DNA from: Parafilimonas sp.
GTDB lineage: Bacteria; Bacteroidota; Bacteroidia; Chitinophagales; Chitinophagaceae
Reading direction: 5' to 3'
DNA: 64,000 nucleotides
NCBI RefSeq assembly: GCF_047606085.1
Contig: NZ_JASGEX010000092.1
Coordinates: 1,631 to 65,630, forward strand
The notes beneath the pieces are model-generated. The model saw only the letters and a program-made list of their open reading frames with translations. It was not told the DNA's origin and searched no databases. Within the stretch, counting starts at the first letter, position 1; each line of letters starts with the position of its first letter. This document shows, one piece after another, positions 58,571 to 64,000 of this stretch. Position numbers and translations under genes: made by a program.

Positions 58571-59467
58571 ATGAATAATATCATTCATTATAATAATTGC
58601 CCGGCCTGTTCAGGCGCTAACATTGCTTATGCGCTGAAAGCAAAAGATGAAACAGTAAGCAGGGAATATTTTGAAGTATGGCAATGCAACGATTGCACGC
58701 TCCGGTTTACGCAGGATGTTCCCGGCGAAGAAAGCATTGGCCGTTATTACCAGTCATCAGAATACATTTCCCATTCTAACACATCAAAGGGCGTGGTGAA
58801 TAAATTATACCATGCCGTTCGCTCAATAACATTGCAAACAAAAAGAAAGCTGGCTGAAAAAAGCAGTGGTGTAAAAAAGGGGCATTTGCTTGATGTGGGC
58901 GCCGGCACAGGCGCTTTCGCTTCCGCCATGAAAAGCGCTGGCTGGCATGTAACAGGCCTGGAGCCAGATGAAACAGCAAGGGCTAACGCGGAAAAAGATT
59001 TTAATATTACGTTGCAGCCAACAGGAAATTTATTCAGCCTTAACCGGCAAAGCTTTGACGTCATTACATTATGGCATGTGCTGGAGCATGTGCATCGTTT
59101 GCATGATTACCTCAGTATGTTTCATGCTTTATTAAAACCCGGCGGCGCGTTAATAATTGCTGTTCCCAACTATACCAGCTACGATGCGGCAATATACAAT
59201 AATAACTGGGCGGCTTATGATGTGCCGCGCCATCTGTACCACTTTTCCCCGGCAAGCATGCAGTGGCTTTTGAACGCGCATCAATTTTCCCTCGCTGATA
59301 AAAAACCTATGTGGTTCGACAGCTTTTATGTGAGCCTTTTAAGCGAGAAATATATTTCAGGAAAAAGCCATTTTATAAAAGCCTTTTTTAACGGCCTGCG
59401 CTCAAACATAAAAACCCTGCAGTACGCCTCCAATTGCAGTTCAATAATTTATATTGCCAAAAAATAA
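58571..59467 (+). CDS. Class I SAM-dependent methyltransferase with N-terminal Zn ribbon
   Basis: CPAC..CNDC, LLDVGAGTG, WHVLEH, DVPRHLYHF. Confidence 0.88.
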   Translation: MNNIIHYNNCPACSGANIAYALKAKDETVSREYFEVWQCNDCTLRFTQDVPGEESIGRYYQSSEYISHSNTSKGVVNKLYHAVRSITLQTKRKLAEKSSGVKKGHLLDVGAGTGAFASAMKSAGWHVTGLEPDETARANAEKDFNITLQPTGNLFSLNRQSFDVITLWHVLEHVHRLHDYLSMFHALLKPGGALIIAVPNYTSYDAAIYNNNWAAYDVPRHLYHFSPASMQWLLNAHQFSLADKKPMWFDSFYVSLLSEKYISGKSHFIKAFFNGLRSNIKTLQYASNCSSIIYIAKK

Positions 59468-59786
59468 ATTTGGCATTGTATCTGCCTAAAACTCTCAGGG
59501 ATTTTACCTGATAATTTTGCTGAAACATTTCAGGGTGGTTATTTAAATTATAATTGCCCGGTAATCTTAAAATAAATTACTACTGTAACCCATTGTGTGA
59601 TTTGAAGTATAAATTTGCGCAATTTAATATAAGCAAATACATGAGGTGGCAGTGTTTTGGTACCACTTCATAAAGTTGTAAAGATAAATCAACAACCTGT
59701 ACGCCTTTCCCACAAAATGGGAATGTTTTAATTGCACAACAGGTTAGATCATTGCTGTAATTATTCAGGACATAAAACAATACCTA

Positions 59787-62700
59787 TTGAACGCGAAAAA
59801 AATTGGCAAGAAAGTTTTAAAAGTTTTTGCATGGATTATTGGCATCATTATTTTTTTAATCGTGCTTGTGTATGTATTGATACAGGTTCCGGCCGTTCAA
59901 AACTTCGCAAAAAACAAAGCCATTGCTTACCTCGAAGGGAAAATTAAGACCAAAGTTGAAATAGGAAAATTCAGTCTTGATTTTCCTAAAAAAATAGTAC
60001 TGGAAAAAATCTATTTTGAAGACCAGCGGAAAGACACGCTTTTATACGGGGGTAAAATAAGGGTTGATATTTCGTTGTTCAGTTTATTAAACAATGAAGT
60101 AAACCTGCAGTATCTTGAACTGAACGGCATTAAAGCCAATATTTACAGGAATTATCCTGATACCAGCTTCAACTTTGATTATATTGTAAAAGCATTTGCC
60201 AGTGAAGAAGAAAAAAAACCGGAACCCCAAGACACTTCGGCGCCAATGAAATTCAACATTGGCAAAATTGTTCTGAAAGATATTACAGCAAAATTTAAAG
60301 ATGATGAAAGCGGCAACAACGTTTACTTTTATCTCGGCAATTTTAATACAAGCATTGATACATTCGATCCGGATAAGCTTGTTTATAAAATAAAAGACAT
60401 CAGTATTGCAGATATAAATGCAAAGGTTTACCAATATAAACCGCTCATTGAAAACAAAGACAGCATCAGCCCTGTTTCGTCACCATCCGAATCTTCCTCG
60501 CCCATGCCCACCCTGCAGTTAAACAGCTTAAACCTGCAGCGTATTTATTTTAATTACCGGAACGATGTTTCGGCATTGCTCGCATTTCTTAAGATTGGGG
60601 AGTTAAGTACACATCCCGAAAATATTAACCTGCAAAACCTTGATATCAACCTGAAGGATTTTGCATTTCATAATTCAGTAATTAAAGTTGGCCTTGGCAA
60701 ATCGCAGGAAGCAAAGGAAACCAAAGATGTGGTGGCTGCCAAAACCGACAGCCAGTTAAATAACCCATGGAAGTTTTATCTGGCTAAAGCCGATTTTAAA
60801 AACAATGAATTGATTTATGATGACAATAATGCCACACCTTTGCCCGAAGGTTTTGATGCCAGCCATTTGCATATTAACAATTTTGTACTGGAAGGCGACA
60901 GCTTAAGTTTTACGCCTGCTGTATTCCAGGGAAACATAGGCCAGCTTGCATTGAATGAAAAAAGCGGGCTTGCCCTGCAGAAATTTCATACAAAATTTTA
61001 TTACAGCGATACAACCGCATCGCTTACTGATTTATTGCTGCAAACCGATGGCACAACCGTTCAAAATAAACTCATAGTAAAATATCCTTCCATTGAAGCC
61101 ATATCAAAAAATATCGGGGCTTTATACATTGATGCCAGTCTGTCCAATTCAAAAATCTCTGTAAAAGATTTTTTGGCATTCATGCCTTCCTATAAAAGAA
61201 CCATGGGCAACTATAAATTATCTGCTATAAAATTAAATGCAGCCCTTAAAGGTTTTGTTCGCGACCTTTCCATACCCACATTTGAACTAAGCGGTTACGG
61301 CGATACCTATATAAAATTGTCAGGACGGCTGCAGGGTTTGCCCGATGCAAAGCGTGCTTATTATAATGTAAAAATTAACCAGTTTACTTCAACCAAAAAA
61401 GATATACTTAGCTTATTGCCGCCAAAAACATTACCGGATAATTTTAATCTTCCCGACAGGTTTGCCCTTAATGGTTTTTTGAAAGGAAACACCAGCGCAT
61501 TTAACACGCAGCTTGCTTTAAAAACAAACAAAGGCAATATAAATGTTGACGGCAGCATGAAGCCCGGCGATGTATATGCCGTGAATGCAAAGCTGCAGAA
61601 TGTGGATGCAGGTTATTTAATGAAACAACAGGGCAATCTTGGAAAAGTTACGGCTAACCTAACGGCAAGCGGCAAAGGCCTGGATATAAAGAAAGCCAAC
61701 GCAAAATATAACCTTGATGTGGCCAGTGCAGAAGTAAAAGGCTATAATTACCGGGGCCTGAATGTAAACGGCGAAATAAACGATGGCGTAAATACAACCA
61801 AGGCATCCATTAATGATTCTGCTATTGCGCTAAACCTTGATCTTACTGCAAACCTGAACACATCTTCCTCTTACCCGCCACTGAAATTGGATTTGCTTAT
61901 TGATACATTAAATGCTAAAGCATTGAACCTAATGAGCGATACATTAAGTGTAAGCGGGCATATAACAGCCGATCTTCCTTCTACCAATCCCGATGACCTG
62001 GTGGGAACAGTTAATATAAACAACTTATCGTTAACGAGGGCCGGCCAAAAATTAAATACGGACAGTATTTCTCTCGTTGCAGGAGGCGACTCAGCCAATA
62101 AAAGCATTGTAATTAAAGCAGGCAATGATATTGACGCCGCACTTGTTGGCCAATATAAATTAACGGAGATAGCGCAGGCATTGCAGCAGGCAATCAATCA
62201 ATACTATAAGCTGCCCGGTTATGAACAAAAAAATATAACAGCGCAAAACTGGACGTTTGATGCAACAGTTCGCCCGCAGGGGCTTATATTACAGTTGGCG
62301 CCAGATTTAAAAGGCAGCGATTCCATCACCGTACATGCACATTTGAATGCTGCGCAAAACGATCTGGGCTTAACGGCAAAAAGCCGGCGCATCATTGTCG
62401 GAACAAATCAGATAGACAGTTTAAATGTAACTGCGCAATCTTCGGCAGAGGCTTTTAATGCAAGCCTTTCTGTTGAAGGCATTAAAGCCGGATCAACCCA
62501 GTTGTATAAAACCGCAGTGAATGCAAAAATTGCCAATAACCAGTTAGGCGTTGATGTTAGCTCGAATGATTCAAAAGATAAAACACAATATGCCCTGGGC
62601 GCCTTATTAAACCAGATTGACAGCGGCTTTCGCATTAGTTTAAAACCCGATCTTGTTTTAGATGGCGACAAATGGAATGTAGGCGCCAATAACGCTATTC

Positions 62701-64000
62701 AATACGATTCATCAGGTATTGTCATCAATAATTTTTCCATCAGCCAGGGCAATCAATCCTTATCTTTAAACAGCACTTCCCCATTGCCAACCGCACCTAT
62801 AAAAATTGATCTCAAAAATTTTGAAATAGCTACCATCACCAAAATAGCGCACCAGGATTCTTTGTTAGCCTCCGGCACCATTAACGGCACTGCAGAAATT
62901 ACCAACCCCACAAAGGATATGGTATTTACTTCCGATTTAACTATAAATAATCTTGCCTATAAATTAGATACCATTGGCAATCTTGCCATAAAGGTTGATA
63001 ATAAAACAGCCAATGCCTATAATGCAGATGTTTCTGTTACAGGCAAGGGCAACGACGTTCGCTTAACCGGTTTATATTATACCGGCGAAAGCAGGATGGA
63101 CCTGAACCTGGCACTGAACAACCTGAACCTGGCTATGGTTAAAGCCTTTGCCGCCGGGCAACTGGATGATATAAGGGGTTTTCTAAGAGGCGGGATTGCC
63201 ATTAAAGGCACAACGTCTGCGCCCGATATTGATGGCAGGCTAAATTTTGCAAACGCGTCATTTGTACCAACCATTTCCGGTGAGAGATTTACAATACCGA
63301 AGGATGCCATCCGCGTAAATTCGAAGGGCATTCATTTTAATAATTTCGACCTGGTTGATTCATCCGGCAACAAAGCCACTATTGATGGCGATATCCTCAC
63401 CAAAGATTATAAAAGCTTTACATCGAACCTTACGTTGAATGCAGATGATTTCACGGTAGTAAATGCGCCGCAGGCAACAGACCGTATTGTATATGGCAAG
63501 CTGAATATTGATGCAGCCGCAGATATAAAAGGCGATTTAATGGCGCCAACCGTAAGCGGCAATTTAAGGGTGAACAAGATTACCGATTTTATTTTTGTGG
63601 TGCCGCAATCAGACCCCGAAGTGGAATCGAGGGAAGGCGTAGTTGTTTTTGTTGACAAGGATAACCCGGCCGATACGGCGCAGGTAGTGATTGATTCGGC
63701 AGCCATTGCCAAACTTACCGGCCTGTCGGTTGATGCCGATATAGAAATAGACAGCTCGGCAAAATTTACCGTTATCATTGATGAAAGAAACGGCGATGCC
63801 CTAACACTGAAAGGAAGGGCCAATTTAAACGGCGGCATTGATAAAAGCGGGAAGACAACCTTAACCGGCGCTTATGAACTGGAAAGCGGCTCATATAATT
63901 TGTCGCTGAGCCTTTTAAAAAGGCAGTTCCTTATTCAGAAAGGAAGCACCATTACATGGACAGGCGACCCTACGGCAGCCAATATAGATGTAACCGCCGT
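59787..64000 (+). CDS. tamB: TamB/AsmA-like translocation and assembly module protein; runs off right edge
   Basis: TTG start, N-terminal TM and IQVPAVQN motif, long beta-taco repeats, WTGDPT.ANIDV near edge. Confidence 0.85.
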   Translation, partial: MNAKKIGKKVLKVFAWIIGIIIFLIVLVYVLIQVPAVQNFAKNKAIAYLEGKIKTKVEIGKFSLDFPKKIVLEKIYFEDQRKDTLLYGGKIRVDISLFSLLNNEVNLQYLELNGIKANIYRNYPDTSFNFDYIVKAFASEEEKKPEPQDTSAPMKFNIGKIVLKDITAKFKDDESGNNVYFYLGNFNTSIDTFDPDKLVYKIKDISIADINAKVYQYKPLIENKDSISPVSSPSESSSPMPTLQLNSLNLQRIYFNYRNDVSALLAFLKIGELSTHPENINLQNLDINLKDFAFHNSVIKVGLGKSQEAKETKDVVAAKTDSQLNNPWKFYLAKADFKNNELIYDDNNATPLPEGFDASHLHINNFVLEGDSLSFTPAVFQGNIGQLALNEKSGLALQKFHTKFYYSDTTASLTDLLLQTDGTTVQNKLIVKYPSIEAISKNIGALYIDASLSNSKISVKDFLAFMPSYKRTMGNYKLSAIKLNAALKGFVRDLSIPTFELSGYGDTYIKLSGRLQGLPDAKRAYYNVKINQFTSTKKDILSLLPPKTLPDNFNLPDRFALNGFLKGNTSAFNTQLALKTNKGNINVDGSMKPGDVYAVNAKLQNVDAGYLMKQQGNLGKVTANLTASGKGLDIKKANAKYNLDVASAEVKGYNYRGLNVNGEINDGVNTTKASINDSAIALNLDLTANLNTSSSYPPLKLDLLIDTLNAKALNLMSDTLSVSGHITADLPSTNPDDLVGTVNINNLSLTRAGQKLNTDSISLVAGGDSANKSIVIKAGNDIDAALVGQYKLTEIAQALQQAINQYYKLPGYEQKNITAQNWTFDATVRPQGLILQLAPDLKGSDSITVHAHLNAAQNDLGLTAKSRRIIVGTNQIDSLNVTAQSSAEAFNASLSVEGIKAGSTQLYKTAVNAKIANNQLGVDVSSNDSKDKTQYALGALLNQIDSGFRISLKPDLVLDGDKWNVGANNAIQYDSSGIVINNFSISQGNQSLSLNSTSPLPTAPIKIDLKNFEIATITKIAHQDSLLASGTINGTAEITNPTKDMVFTSDLTINNLAYKLDTIGNLAIKVDNKTANAYNADVSVTGKGNDVRLTGLYYTGESRMDLNLALNNLNLAMVKAFAAGQLDDIRGFLRGGIAIKGTTSAPDIDGRLNFANASFVPTISGERFTIPKDAIRVNSKGIHFNNFDLVDSSGNKATIDGDILTKDYKSFTSNLTLNADDFTVVNAPQATDRIVYGKLNIDAAADIKGDLMAPTVSGNLRVNKITDFIFVVPQSDPEVESREGVVVFVDKDNPADTAQVVIDSAAIAKLTGLSVDADIEIDSSAKFTVIIDERNGDALTLKGRANLNGGIDKSGKTTLTGAYELESGSYNLSLSLLKRQFLIQKGSTITWTGDPTAANIDVTA

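Overview
A 64-kb chromosomal segment of a Bacteroidota bacterium, probably Chitinophagaceae-like. This is inferred from TAnnTTTG promoters, a T9SS type-B C-terminal domain, Lnb, and the gyrA-TPR and aroE-comA-TPR contexts. The backbone is intact housekeeping and envelope genes: gyrA, thiL, suhB, aroE, comA, a cysteine desulfurase, lptF-family, tonB, tamB and M1/M28 peptidases. Small AT-rich accessory patches are decaying: an IS630 remnant, a dead HEPN-MNT pair, ThuA/AraC/GNAT pseudogenes and a frameshifted histidine kinase. Three things stand out. (1) A 10-kb operon mirrors the actinobacterial fhaA-pstP-rodA-pbpA-pkn cluster in a diderm, with RodA and a class B PBP fused and SEL1-like repeats on the kinase instead of PASTA. 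(2) A four-helix-bundle (23S-IVP/Avd-like) gene is bracketed by inverted heptamer tandem arrays, and a second gene-less inverted heptamer locus and a solo array occur elsewhere. (3) Several intergenic mosaics of short-loop REP-like hairpins are present. I recognised no rRNA, tRNA, CRISPR array, reverse transcriptase or intact transposase. All family assignments come from motif recognition by eye; no database searches were run.
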